Virus record (IMG/VR): IMGVR_UViG_2563366950_000001
Source: a virus
Lineage: Duplodnaviria > Heunggongvirae > Uroviricota > Caudoviricetes
Reading direction: 5' to 3' (one strand)
Length of the DNA stretch: 35,797 nt
Shown here: in pieces, positions 9,198 through 18,387 of the stretch
How positions within the stretch are numbered: position 1 is the stretch's first letter
Layout of the letters: each line of letters starts with the position of its first letter
The notes under the pieces: generated by a model
Database searches by the model: none
The model's input: the letters and a program-made list of their open reading frames with translations, nothing else
What the model was told of the DNA's origin: nothing
Position numbers and translations under genes: made by a program

Positions 9198-9980
9198 ATG
9201 GGACCCTTAGTTATCATGGTCGTCCTGGTTTGCGGGTTCTGGTACACCGAAAATCATTACCAGTCCCGCATCAGGCAAGCAAGAAGTAATGGTTGGAATT
9301 CCTATTTTTATGTAGCTATGCATGGTTGTAAGTTTGCTATTCAGGGGTTTACTCTGATGGCTGTTACATTCGTTATCTTGCTAGTTATAAGCTCAGTTAT
9401 CAATGTTTTTGGTTATTTTTGGCCTAAGTTACATGTGGACTTTTATTCATGGCTCACAGACGTAAAGATAATGTCTTACCCATTGTTCTTTGTGTTGTCT
9501 ATGCTGCTTGCGGTGTTTATTGCTTATGACCAAGGTAACAATGCGCGAAGAGCAATAGAAAACGAAGAGATTCGTCAATCTGCATATCGCGAGATGGCAG
9601 CTCAAGATGGAATTGAGTCACTGTTAGTTCAGGCTATAGATGAAGGTAAGCTCATCTTTGTTACGCTAAAATCCAGAAAAGTTTACATTGGTTACGTAGC
9701 TGCTCCTCGGATGGAGCATCAGGAAACTCAGCATCTGGCTCTCATACCATACATCAGTGGTTATCGTGATAAAGATACGCTCAGATACCATGAGCAGCAT
9801 CGTTACTATGAACTTTACCTTAGTAAAAATATTACAGCAGACTCAACTCCACTGAACTTAAATCATTTTAGGCATGTAATCCCAATGGATCAGGTTGAGA
9901 GTATTTCAATATTTGATACTGAAACTTATAAATCTTTCGAAGATTTTTCTACGCCTGACCAGACCAAAGTCACTGCATGA
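9198..9980 (+). CDS. hypothetical membrane protein (3 predicted N-terminal TM helices plus ~150-aa soluble C-terminal domain)
   Basis: 260-aa ORF, AT-rich. Hydrophobic segments LVIMVVLVCGFWY, LMAVTFVILLVISSVINVFGYFW and LFFVLSMLLAVFIAY. Translationally coupled to the upstream small ORF. Confidence 0.7.
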   Translation: MGPLVIMVVLVCGFWYTENHYQSRIRQARSNGWNSYFYVAMHGCKFAIQGFTLMAVTFVILLVISSVINVFGYFWPKLHVDFYSWLTDVKIMSYPLFFVLSMLLAVFIAYDQGNNARRAIENEEIRQSAYREMAAQDGIESLLVQAIDEGKLIFVTLKSRKVYIGYVAAPRMEHQETQHLALIPYISGYRDKDTLRYHEQHRYYELYLSKNITADSTPLNLNHFRHVIPMDQVESISIFDTETYKSFEDFSTPDQTKVTA

Positions 9981-10028
9981 CTATGCCGCATGAATATGCA
10001 TGATCGTTTGAGGATCGTTTTTGCTGAG

Positions 10029-10054
10029 GCCCGCCAGTTCTGGTGGGCTTTTGC
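10029..10054 (+). terminator. rho-independent terminator candidate downstream of the 260-aa gene
   Basis: GCCCGCCAG-ttc-TGGTGGGC hairpin (one G-U pair) followed by TTTTGC. Confidence 0.45.
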
Positions 10055-10097
10055 TTATGTCATGCACCTGCATGAAAATCGCTACAAAAAGCGGGCA

Positions 10098-10116
10098 GGC
10101 GTGGCGGGGATACGAG
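10098..10116. other. probable cos site (cohesive-end region) of the P2/186-type genome
   Basis: GGCGTGGCGGGGATACGAG followed by GCGCGCGC resembles the 19-nt cohesive ends I recall for P2 (GGCGAGGCGGGGAAAGCAC) and 186. It lies in a non-coding gap upstream of the portal end of the late region. Confidence 0.4.
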
Positions 10117-10199
10117 CGCGCGCAACTCGAGATAGTGTGATACTTATCTGAGAAATCTTAACAAGGTTCAATACAATACCCTTTCAAAAAAAGGGGAGT

Positions 10200-11354
10200 G
10201 TGATGTTTGTAAAAAATAACTTTAATACAAATAATTTCGATGCGGAATTAGTTGAAGCGATTGGTAATAGGCTGGAAAACAACCAATTTTCGGATGCAAT
10301 ACTTGCAGGAACCAAATATCTAACAACTTTGCTGCGTGAAAAAGGGCAATGTGAAGGGGATGGGGCTCAGCTTGTTGGTACTGTTTTGGGTGGACAATCA
10401 CCTAGAATCCAAATTAATAGTCTTCAATCTGTATCAGAGCAGGACGAACAGCGCGGATTTGAAGCACTATTAAGAGGCTACTATCAGTGTATAAGAAATC
10501 CAAGGACACATGACAATTTCCCTGATACAGAAGATTCCTGCATGAGAATATTGATCATGTTGGATACTTTTATTAAGTATTTAAAAAGAGATGTTGCTGA
10601 GTTCGATTACACAGCAATTCTTGAAAGAATTTATGAGGTTCACTTTGTAAATAATTCTGATTATGCAGAAGCTTTAATATCACAAATTCCAGAAAAAAAA
10701 CTACTGGATTTTTTCCAAAGTTTAATTTCTCGCTTTAATGAAAGGCCAACCAAGGAAATTGATTCTATATTCAAAGCAATAAACCAACGCTTTTCAGGAG
10801 AGGAAGAAAAAGCCGCAATGCGGTTGCTAGGTGATGAGTTACGCAAGGCTAGCAATAATGTTGAGTTTGCTAATGTATTTAGAATAATTAAGCCGAGCGC
10901 ATGGAGAAATCTTCCTGATGATGTTTTAATTAGAATGGAAAATATAATCATCGAAGAGTGCAAAAAAGGATATTTGGATTTCTATTCTGATGCGACCAAA
11001 GGAGCTATAGGAACATGGGGTAATACATTTGGTAGCAAATTTAAAAGAAGAGGTGATCTTGGTGATGCTTTAATTGGATTGTTATATGATAGTTGGTATA
11101 CGCAAAATTATGTTGCGAAATATTACGTTTTTTCAATCCCTTCTATCATTACTGATGATGTGAAAGTTAAGGAGTTAGCTGATGCTTTAGCTTATGCCAC
11201 CATTGTAAATGGTGCTAAGCTTTTACGAACAAAATTGATTGATGCATGTAAAAATTATCCTGATAAGTTGAAAGAGCATCTTAGGGATGCTGTTCAGCAA
11301 CGGATGGATAGTGATAAAAAATATGCGGAAGAATTATTAGGTCAAATAAGCTGA
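10200..11354 (+). CDS. hypothetical protein with HEPN-like N-terminal domain (Rx4H motif); candidate abortive-infection RNase
   Basis: 384-aa ORF, strongly AT-rich, GGGGAG RBS. N-terminal domain contains CIRNPRTHDNFPD (Rx4H), which I associate with HEPN/TIGR02391-like families. C-terminal ~250 aa unrecognised. Confidence 0.7.
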   Translation: MMFVKNNFNTNNFDAELVEAIGNRLENNQFSDAILAGTKYLTTLLREKGQCEGDGAQLVGTVLGGQSPRIQINSLQSVSEQDEQRGFEALLRGYYQCIRNPRTHDNFPDTEDSCMRILIMLDTFIKYLKRDVAEFDYTAILERIYEVHFVNNSDYAEALISQIPEKKLLDFFQSLISRFNERPTKEIDSIFKAINQRFSGEEEKAAMRLLGDELRKASNNVEFANVFRIIKPSAWRNLPDDVLIRMENIIIEECKKGYLDFYSDATKGAIGTWGNTFGSKFKRRGDLGDALIGLLYDSWYTQNYVAKYYVFSIPSIITDDVKVKELADALAYATIVNGAKLLRTKLIDACKNYPDKLKEHLRDAVQQRMDSDKKYAEELLGQIS

Positions 11355-11405
11355 TTATTATTTGCACCTAATCTCACTTTCGATGTTAGGTGCATTTCTA
11401 TATGC

Positions 11406-12443
11406 CTAATCTAATTCATATGAGGTAAATTTAACCAGTTCTTCATTAAGTCCAATCCATGAGTTAATTTCAGATATTCTGTGTTGTAGCGGAATTAACT
11501 CATTCCTGACAAAAACCTTACTAGCCTTTTCAACATCCCCAAACCCGCCAACATTACTAGGCATAATCCCCATCATCTGCGGCGGTACACGGTGCGCTGC
11601 CATCATGTCATCCCGGCTCACGTTCTTGATGTTCAGAAACTCATCTTTTGCCGCCACCTCTGACAGCGGGATGATCTGAATCCCGTCTTTCTTTCCGTTG
11701 GGTGAGTACATAAACAAGTTGCGGAAGTTGCCCGGCCCTTTGGCGCTTTTCATCGCATTGCGGAGGTTGTTCACATCCTCCTGGTTCTGCGCGGCATCGG
11801 TCATGTACATGATGAAGCCTGCATGACTACCGTTAATGTAATATTTGCGGCGGAACAGCGTGGCGGACTCGTTGAGCAAAGCGGATGGGATGGCAGAAAG
11901 ATAGCCGGGCAGGCCGTAGATCTCCTGATTAATATCTGGTTCCATCAGATGAAAAATGCTGCCTTTCGTGAACTGATACGGCTGGGTTGTCATACCGTAT
12001 TGCACAAACCAGTAGGTATCCAGGTCTAACCCGCGTCGGGTATATTTTGCCAGGGCAGGCTCAAGGGCGATAACTTCACCGAAGCGGTTCGTGCGTTTCT
12101 CCAGGTAGGCGTTACCAAATACCAGGTAGTCCTGCACAAAACGTGAAAAAGCCTGCTGGCTGAGCAGCGGGTGAGGGATATAGGTACTGGTCAGAATGTT
12201 GCACTTTACTGCAATCGGGGAACTGTGATGCACGGCAGCGCGGAAGGTGCGCGCCAGTCCGTCAAAGCTGACGGGCGGCTCATACCAACGGTCCATCTGT
12301 ACGCATTCCACATAGTCCAGTAATTCTCGGCGGTCCAGAACAGGAACGGGATCGCCGAAGCTGAATGCTTCGGCTGTAGTTTGACTTTTAAGCTGGATCT
12401 GATTCGTCGCCGCAGCGCGGTTCTTCTTACTCTTTCCCATCAA
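11406..12443 (-). CDS. Q: portal protein gpQ
   Basis: 345 aa, the same size and position as P2 Q; overlaps the terminase gene start (Q-P operon). Confidence 0.93.
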   Translation of the reverse strand: MMGKSKKNRAAATNQIQLKSQTTAEAFSFGDPVPVLDRRELLDYVECVQMDRWYEPPVSFDGLARTFRAAVHHSSPIAVKCNILTSTYIPHPLLSQQAFSRFVQDYLVFGNAYLEKRTNRFGEVIALEPALAKYTRRGLDLDTYWFVQYGMTTQPYQFTKGSIFHLMEPDINQEIYGLPGYLSAIPSALLNESATLFRRKYYINGSHAGFIMYMTDAAQNQEDVNNLRNAMKSAKGPGNFRNLFMYSPNGKKDGIQIIPLSEVAAKDEFLNIKNVSRDDMMAAHRVPPQMMGIMPSNVGGFGDVEKASKVFVRNELIPLQHRISEINSWIGLNEELVKFTSYELD

Positions 12444-14206
12444 AAAATCTCCACAATATTGCTGGTATTGGCGGATTCACCCTGCAGCGGTTCGTTAAAC
12501 AGTGCGTGCATCGTTGCCCAGGCCAGATCGGCGTGGCTGGCTTCTTCGCTGCGGCTGGCTTCATAGGTCGGGCGGTTGCCACTGGCGGTGGTGGCGCGAC
12601 GGATTGCCATGAATGACTGCGCAATGTCGGTGTGCCCGGCGTCAAACTCCAGACGGCGGTGGCTGATAATGTCGTAGGCCTTGAGTACCAGGGCGTTTTT
12701 AACGTTGAGGTTGTAGACAAACTCCCGGACGGCAGGAAAGAACGCTTTCACGTTCTCATAAACCCCGTGACCAACGCCGGTTGAGTCGATGCCGATATAG
12801 GTCACGTTGTACTGTTCGGTCAGTTTTTTGATGGCGTCAGCCTGGGCGCGAAAGTCCATCCCGCGCCACTGGTGACGCTCAAGAATGCGGAACTTGCCGC
12901 CCGGCACGGCTGGCGGTGCCACCACCACGCATCCGGCACTGTCGCCGTTCTGCGTACCTTTCGCCGGGTCATAACCGATCCACACTTCGCGCCAGCCAAA
13001 TGGGCGCAGTGCCAGTGCATGAAAGTCGGTCCAGACTTCCCAGCTGTCCACCATGCACGCCTGCAGCTCGCTGAGTGGGAACACGGACGCGAGATCGTCC
13101 ACAAACTCGCACATCAGCAGGTTCTGGTATTCGTCCGGGCTGTACTCCATGCGCAACTGGTCAAGGTCGAACAGGTTACAGCCGCCGCGCACCGCATCTT
13201 CCACGGTGACTATCTGGCGGTATTGCCCGTCGGCGCACAGCTGGCCGGGGGCCAGATTGTTGTGGGACAGGTCGATGTCCACCTTATCGGCTTTGTTACG
13301 CCCACGGTTGAACAGCGCACCGGACCAGAACGGATAAGCACTGTGTGTCAGGCTGGATGGCGTGGAAAAATAGGTTTGTCGCCATTTTTTGTGAATAGCC
13401 ATACCGGAAGCCACTTTGCGCAGCTCCTGGAATTTCGGTATCCAGAAATATTCATCCAGATACAGGTTGCCGTGGTAACTCTGGGCCGTGCGGGCATTGG
13501 TGCCGAGGAAGTAAAGCGTGGCTCCGTTAGGAAGCACCATCGGATCGCCTTTCAGCTCCACCTCGACTTCTTTGGCGAAGTCGATGATGTACTGCTTAAA
13601 GACGTGAGCCTGTGCCTTACTGGCAGAAAGGAAAATCTGGTTACGTCCGGTAAGCAGGGCGTCAATCAGGGCTTCACGGGCAAAGTAAAAGGTCGCGCCG
13701 ATCTGGCGTGACTTCAGCAGGTTGCGGATGCGGTTGGTTTTTCCGGCTTCCCACCAGTGGCGCTGGTAGTTGAACATGGAGGAATGGAAGATTTCTTCCA
13801 GCTTCTCAATCTGTTCATCGGTGAAGACATTCTTTTCCGGCTGACGGCGCGGGCCCTTGTTGCGGTTGGCGACGTTAGGATTTAAGTCGGCTTCGTTGCC
13901 GCCATTGTTAAACTTGCCGATCCGCGCGTGGCGTTCCGACTGGCGCGCCAGCAGGTCAATCTCTTTGAAATCTTTCCCTTCTTTGTGCTCCTTCATAATG
14001 AGCTGGCAGTAGCGTGCGGCGGTGGTGAGCTGCATCTGATCCAGCGGCCCATAGTCACCCCACTTGTCGCGTTTTTTCCAGCTGTGAACGGTTGCAACTT
14101 TCTCGCCCAGCATTTCAGCAATGCGGGCGACGCGGTATCCCTGAAAGTACAGCAGCATGGCCTGCCGACGGGGATCGAGATCTGCGGGTGTCAGTGTGGT
14201 GTTCAT
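12440..14206 (-). CDS. P: terminase large (ATPase) subunit gpP
   Basis: 588-aa ORF, co-oriented with the portal gene and divergent from the O-N-M-L operon, as in P2. Confidence 0.93.
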   Translation of the reverse strand: MNTTLTPADLDPRRQAMLLYFQGYRVARIAEMLGEKVATVHSWKKRDKWGDYGPLDQMQLTTAARYCQLIMKEHKEGKDFKEIDLLARQSERHARIGKFNNGGNEADLNPNVANRNKGPRRQPEKNVFTDEQIEKLEEIFHSSMFNYQRHWWEAGKTNRIRNLLKSRQIGATFYFAREALIDALLTGRNQIFLSASKAQAHVFKQYIIDFAKEVEVELKGDPMVLPNGATLYFLGTNARTAQSYHGNLYLDEYFWIPKFQELRKVASGMAIHKKWRQTYFSTPSSLTHSAYPFWSGALFNRGRNKADKVDIDLSHNNLAPGQLCADGQYRQIVTVEDAVRGGCNLFDLDQLRMEYSPDEYQNLLMCEFVDDLASVFPLSELQACMVDSWEVWTDFHALALRPFGWREVWIGYDPAKGTQNGDSAGCVVVAPPAVPGGKFRILERHQWRGMDFRAQADAIKKLTEQYNVTYIGIDSTGVGHGVYENVKAFFPAVREFVYNLNVKNALVLKAYDIISHRRLEFDAGHTDIAQSFMAIRRATTASGNRPTYEASRSEEASHADLAWATMHALFNEPLQGESANTSNIVEIF

Positions 14207-14252
14207 GGCACAAACCTACAGCCTTGAATGAAGGCTTTCCCCGCCTGCGGTT

Positions 14253-14270
14253 TGTGTGGTTGTCGGTACA
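14253..14270. promoter_or_regulatory. candidate Ogr-dependent late-promoter dyad (TGT-N12-ACA) in the divergent P/O control region
   Basis: TGTgtggttgtcggtACA lies in the 142-bp gap between divergent P and O. Confidence 0.4.
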
Positions 14271-14348
14271 AATACCGCGCATTGTTTCACTGCCCCCATC
14301 ACCGCAACCATAAGGCTCCAGTAAGTTTTTTCTAACGGAGCACGGCTC

Positions 14349-15182
14349 ATGACAGTGAAAGCAAAGCGTTTTCGCATCGGGGTGGAAGGTGCCACCACCG
14401 ACGGACGCGAAATCCAGCGTGAATGGCTGGAACAGATGGCAGCCAGCTACAACCCGGCGGTGTATACCGCGCTGATTAACCTTGAGCACATCAAGTCTTA
14501 TCTGCCGGACAGCACCTTTAACCGCTACGGCAAGGTGACGGCGCTGTTTGCTGAAGAAATCACGGAAGGTCCGCTGGCAGGCAAGATGGCGCTGTATGCC
14601 GACGTTGAGCCAACGGAGTCCCTGGTGGAACTGGTGAAAAAAGGCCAGAAATTATTCACCTCTATGGAAGTCAGCCCGAAGTTTGCTGATACGGGCAAAG
14701 CCTACCTGGTCGGGCTGGCTGCCACTGATGATCCTGCCAGTCTGGGTACGGAAATGCTGACATTCAGCGCCAGTGCAGCCCATAACCCGCTGGCAAACCG
14801 CAAGCAGAATCCCGCCAATCTCTTTACCGCCGCAGAGGAAACGGTGATCGAACTGGAAGAAATCCAGGAGGACAAGCCGTCCCTGTTTGCCCGCGTCACG
14901 GCGCTGTTCACCAAAAAAGAGCAGTCCGACGATGCCCGGTTCTCTGATGTGCATAATGCCGTGGAGCTGGTCGCCACTGAGCAGCAGAACCTGAGCGCAC
15001 GCACCGAAAAATCCCTGTCTGAGCAGGAAGAACGCCTGTCTGAGCTGGAGACAGCCCTGCAGGCACAGCAAACCGCCTTTAACGAACTGGTGGACAAGCT
15101 GAGTCATGAAGACAGCCGCCAGGACTACCGCCAGCGTGCAACAGGCGGTAACGCCCCCGTTGACACTCTGACCAATTGCTGA
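14349..15182 (+). CDS. O: capsid scaffolding protein gpO
   Basis: 277 aa. FRIGVEGATTDGREI and the C-terminal ...ATGGNAPVDTLTNC closely resemble my recollection of P2 O. Confidence 0.9.
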   Translation: MTVKAKRFRIGVEGATTDGREIQREWLEQMAASYNPAVYTALINLEHIKSYLPDSTFNRYGKVTALFAEEITEGPLAGKMALYADVEPTESLVELVKKGQKLFTSMEVSPKFADTGKAYLVGLAATDDPASLGTEMLTFSASAAHNPLANRKQNPANLFTAAEETVIELEEIQEDKPSLFARVTALFTKKEQSDDARFSDVHNAVELVATEQQNLSARTEKSLSEQEERLSELETALQAQQTAFNELVDKLSHEDSRQDYRQRATGGNAPVDTLTNC

Positions 15183-15198
15183 TGGAGCACAAAACCCG

Positions 15199-16257
15199 AT
15201 GAAGAAGAATACCCGCTTTGCTTTTAACGCTTACCTGCAGCAGCTGGCGCGTCTGAACGGTGTGGCAGTTGAAGAACTGTCCAGCAAGTTCACTGTAGAG
15301 CCGTCTGTACAGCAGACGCTGGAAGACCAGATCCAGCAGTCCGCCGCTTTCCTGACGCTGATTAACGTCACGCCAGTGACTGAGCAGTCTGGTCAGTTGC
15401 TGGGGCTGGGTGTTGGCAGCACCATTGCCGGAACCACTGACACCACCGCGAAAGAGCGTGAGCCTGTCGATCCGACGCTGATGGTTGATGTGGAATATAA
15501 ATGCGAGCAGACCAACTTTGACACGGTGCTGACCTACGCGAAGCTGGACCTGTGGGCGAAGTTTCAGGATTTCCAGGTGCGCATCCGTGACGCCATCGTG
15601 AAACGTCAGGCTCTGGACCGCATAATGATCGGCTTTAACGGCGTGAAGCGTGCGAAAACCTCCAACCGTAGCGAAAACCCGCTGCTGCAGGATGTGAACA
15701 AAGGCTGGCTGCAGAAAATCCGTGAAGATGCACCGGATCACGTCATGGGCAGCACCACCACGGGCGGTGAAACCACACCGGGTGCGGTGAAAGTCGGGAA
15801 AGGTGGCGAATATGCCAACCTGGACGCAGTGGTGATGGATGCAGTCAATGAGCTTATCGACGTGGTCTACCAGGACGATGACGATCTGGTGGTGATTTGC
15901 GGTCGTGAACTGCTGTCTGACAAGTATTTCCCGCTGGTCAACAAAGAGCAGGAAAACAGTGAAAAACTGGCTGCCGATATGATCATCAGTCAGAAGCGCA
16001 TGGGGGGCCTGCAGGCCGTGCGTGCGCCGTTCTTCCCGCCGAATGCGCTGCTGATCACCCGTCTGGATAACCTGTCCATTTACTGGCAGGAGGACACCCG
16101 CCGCCGTTCGGTTATCGACAACCCGAAACGTGACCGGATTGAAAACTTTGAATCCGTTAACGAAGCCTATGTGGTTGAGGACTACCGCTGCGCAGCACTG
16201 GTGGAAAACATCCAGATTGGCGACTTCAGCGCCGCCGCCGCAGAAGCCGGAGCATAA
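15199..16257 (+). CDS. N: major capsid protein gpN
   Basis: 352 aa. TRFAFNAYLQQLARLNGV...KFTVEPSV matches P2 N as I recall it. Confidence 0.93.
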   Translation: MKKNTRFAFNAYLQQLARLNGVAVEELSSKFTVEPSVQQTLEDQIQQSAAFLTLINVTPVTEQSGQLLGLGVGSTIAGTTDTTAKEREPVDPTLMVDVEYKCEQTNFDTVLTYAKLDLWAKFQDFQVRIRDAIVKRQALDRIMIGFNGVKRAKTSNRSENPLLQDVNKGWLQKIREDAPDHVMGSTTTGGETTPGAVKVGKGGEYANLDAVVMDAVNELIDVVYQDDDDLVVICGRELLSDKYFPLVNKEQENSEKLAADMIISQKRMGGLQAVRAPFFPPNALLITRLDNLSIYWQEDTRRRSVIDNPKRDRIENFESVNEAYVVEDYRCAALVENIQIGDFSAAAAEAGA

Positions 16258-16260
16258 ACC

Positions 16261-16911
16261 ATGAGCCTGAGTCCAGCACGGCAGCATCGCCTGCGCGTTC
16301 AGGCTGAACAGGCCGCCCGCGAGGGCGGCAGTGTTCGCCACGCGTCGGGCTATGACCTGATGCTGCTGCAACTGGCGGAAGACCGCCGCCGTCTCAAGGG
16401 CGTTCAGTCCACGGTCAAAAAAGCGGAAATCAAGGTGGAGCTGCTGCCGAAGTACGCCGCCTGGGCGGAGGGCGTCCTGGCTGCCGGAGGCGCTCAACAG
16501 GATGACGTGCTGATGTACGTGATGCTGTGGCGCATTGATGCCGGAGATTATGCCGGGGCGCTGGAGATCGGGCGTCATGCCCTGCGTCATGGCTGGGTGA
16601 TGCCGCTGGGTAACCGCAACGTGCAGACCGTGCTGGCAGAGGAAATGGCAGATGCAGCGCAGAGCGCAATGCTTGCCACTACCGGCTTTGATGTCGATCT
16701 GCTGCTGCAGACGCTGGAGCTGACAGACGGTCTGGATATGCCGGACCAGTCACGGGCGCGTCTGCATAAAGCGATTGGCGCTGTCCTGAGTGAAAGTAAT
16801 CCGGCTTCCGCCCTTAATCATCTCAACCATGCGTTACAGCTCGATCCCCGCTGTGGCGTGAAAAAAGACAAACAGCAGCTGGAGCGCAGACTACGCAATG
16901 ACAGCCGCTGA
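16261..16911 (+). CDS. M: terminase small (endonuclease) subunit gpM
   Basis: 216 aa, immediately after N in the O-N-M-L operon. Confidence 0.88.
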   Translation: MSLSPARQHRLRVQAEQAAREGGSVRHASGYDLMLLQLAEDRRRLKGVQSTVKKAEIKVELLPKYAAWAEGVLAAGGAQQDDVLMYVMLWRIDAGDYAGALEIGRHALRHGWVMPLGNRNVQTVLAEEMADAAQSAMLATTGFDVDLLLQTLELTDGLDMPDQSRARLHKAIGAVLSESNPASALNHLNHALQLDPRCGVKKDKQQLERRLRNDSR

Positions 16912-17006
16912 CAGAACGTGCCCCCGCGCACGGGCGGCACGGGGTGGCGAAAGGCACTGCCACATCAAAACCCCGTCCACCGCCCTCTATTTCAGGAGAA
17001 AGCAGC

Positions 17007-17471
17007 ATGAAGTTTGTTGCGCCAGAACAGGCACCGGAACAGGCGGAAATCATCAGGAATACGCCGTTCTGGCCTGATGTGGAGCTGTCGGAGTTTCGCA
17101 GCGTGATGCGCACTGACGGCACGGTGACGCAGCCGCGTTTAAAGCAGGTTGCGCTGTCGGCAATTTCGGAGGTCAACGCAGAGCTGTATGAGTTTCGCAG
17201 ACGCCAGCAGATGCTGGGGTATGCCTCGCTGGCAGAGGTTCCGGCGGAACAGCTGGACGGCAAAAGTGAGCGCATTCAGCACTATTTCAACGCGGTTTAC
17301 TGCTGGGCACGCGCCATGCTCAACGAACGTTACCAGGACTATGACGCCACGGCGTCCGGTGTGAAGCGGGGCGAGGAACTGGCGGAAGCCAGCGGTGATT
17401 TGTGGCGTGACGCCCGCTGGGCCATCAGCCGGGTGCAGGATGCGCCGCACTGCACAGTGGAGCTTATCTGA
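17007..17471 (+). CDS. L: head completion/stabilisation protein gpL
   Basis: Internal ATG at 17007 with AGGAG RBS gives a 154-aa product; the longer ORF-track start has no RBS. Confidence 0.85.
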   Translation: MKFVAPEQAPEQAEIIRNTPFWPDVELSEFRSVMRTDGTVTQPRLKQVALSAISEVNAELYEFRRRQQMLGYASLAEVPAEQLDGKSERIQHYFNAVYCWARAMLNERYQDYDATASGVKRGEELAEASGDLWRDARWAISRVQDAPHCTVELI

Positions 17472-17674
17472 TGAAAGTGCGTGCGCATCAGTATGACACG
17501 GTGGACGCGCTTTGCTGGCGTCATTACGGGCGCACGCAGGGTGTCACGGAGCAGGTACTGAAGGCAAATCCGGGGCTTGCCGAATACGGCCCCTTTTTAC
17601 CTCACGGGCTGCAGGTGGAGCTGCCGGACATTCCGACCACCACCACCGTGCAGACCGTCCAGCTATGGGACTGA
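17471..17674 (+). CDS. X: tail protein X (gpX)
   Basis: 67 aa; start overlaps the L stop; position as in P2. Confidence 0.8.
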   Translation: MKVRAHQYDTVDALCWRHYGRTQGVTEQVLKANPGLAEYGPFLPHGLQVELPDIPTTTTVQTVQLWD

Positions 17675-17677
17675 ATT

Positions 17678-17893
17678 ATGACGCTTGAGCGAATCAGCGC
17701 CTTTATCACGTATTGCATCGCCGTCGTGCTGGCCTGGCTGGGCGATTTGTCCATCAAGGATGCCTCAACGCTGGGCGGCCTGATGATTGGTGTGCTGATG
17801 CTGGCTATCAACTGGTACTACAAACACAAAGCCTACCGGCTTCTGCGCGACGGGCAGATCTCGCGGGAGGACTATGAATCCATCAATCGTTAA
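17678..17893 (+). CDS. Y: holin (gpY-like)
   Basis: 71 aa with two hydrophobic helices and a charged C-terminus (KHKAYRLLRDGQISREDYESINR); immediately precedes the endolysin. Confidence 0.75.
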   Translation: MTLERISAFITYCIAVVLAWLGDLSIKDASTLGGLMIGVLMLAINWYYKHKAYRLLRDGQISREDYESINR

Positions 17894-18386
17894 ACGCTGC
17901 CTTGTCGGGGCCGTGCTGGCTATTGCTGCCACGCTGCCGGGTTTTCAGCAGCTGCACACCTCCGTGGAAGGGCTGAAACTGATTGCCGATTACGAAGGCT
18001 GTCGTCTGCAGCCGTATCAGTGCAGCGCGGGTGTATGGACTGACGGCATTGGTAATACGTCGGGCGTCATTCCCGGCAAAACCATTACGGAACGACAGGC
18101 AGCAGAAGGGCTTATCTCCAACGTGCTGCGTGTGGAGCGGGCGCTGGAAAGATGTGTGAAGCAACAGCCGCCACAAAAGGTGTATGACTCGGTGGTGTCG
18201 TTTGCCTTCAACGTGGGGACAGGCAATGCCTGCAGCTCCACGCTGGTGAAATTGCTCAATCAGCGGCGCTGGGCGGATGCGTGCCGACAGTTGCCGCGCT
18301 GGGTTTATGTAAAAGGTGTGTTTAATCAGGGGCTGGATAACCGCCGTGCGCGGGAGATGGCCTGGTGTTTACAGGGAGCAAACTGA
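17874..18386 (+). CDS. K: endolysin (phage lysozyme, gpK)
   Basis: 170 aa with lysozyme-like catalytic region EGCRLQPYQCSAGVWTDGIGNT. Confidence 0.9.
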   Translation: MNPSIVKRCLVGAVLAIAATLPGFQQLHTSVEGLKLIADYEGCRLQPYQCSAGVWTDGIGNTSGVIPGKTITERQAAEGLISNVLRVERALERCVKQQPPQKVYDSVVSFAFNVGTGNACSSTLVKLLNQRRWADACRQLPRWVYVKGVFNQGLDNRRAREMAWCLQGAN

Positions 18387-18387
18387 A

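Noticed and set aside
11364-11393. Inverted repeat GCACCTAA ... TTAGGTGC between the convergent 384-aa gene and portal gene, considered as a bidirectional terminator
   Set aside because: The loop is about 14 nt and the flanking T-run is weak on both strands, so it is not convincing as an intrinsic terminator. It may still be a structured element.
12872-13711. 279-aa plus-strand ORF lying antisense within the terminase large-subunit gene
   Set aside because: Fully contained in the confidently assigned gpP coding region on the opposite strand, no RBS, low-complexity Ala/Val/His-rich translation; typical of spurious antisense ORFs in GC-rich coding DNA.
15079-16590. 503-aa minus-strand ORF antisense to the capsid (N) and small terminase (M) genes
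   Set aside because: Spans two well-supported plus-strand genes; the translation is Gln/Arg/His-rich with no recognisable domain. Judged an antisense artefact.
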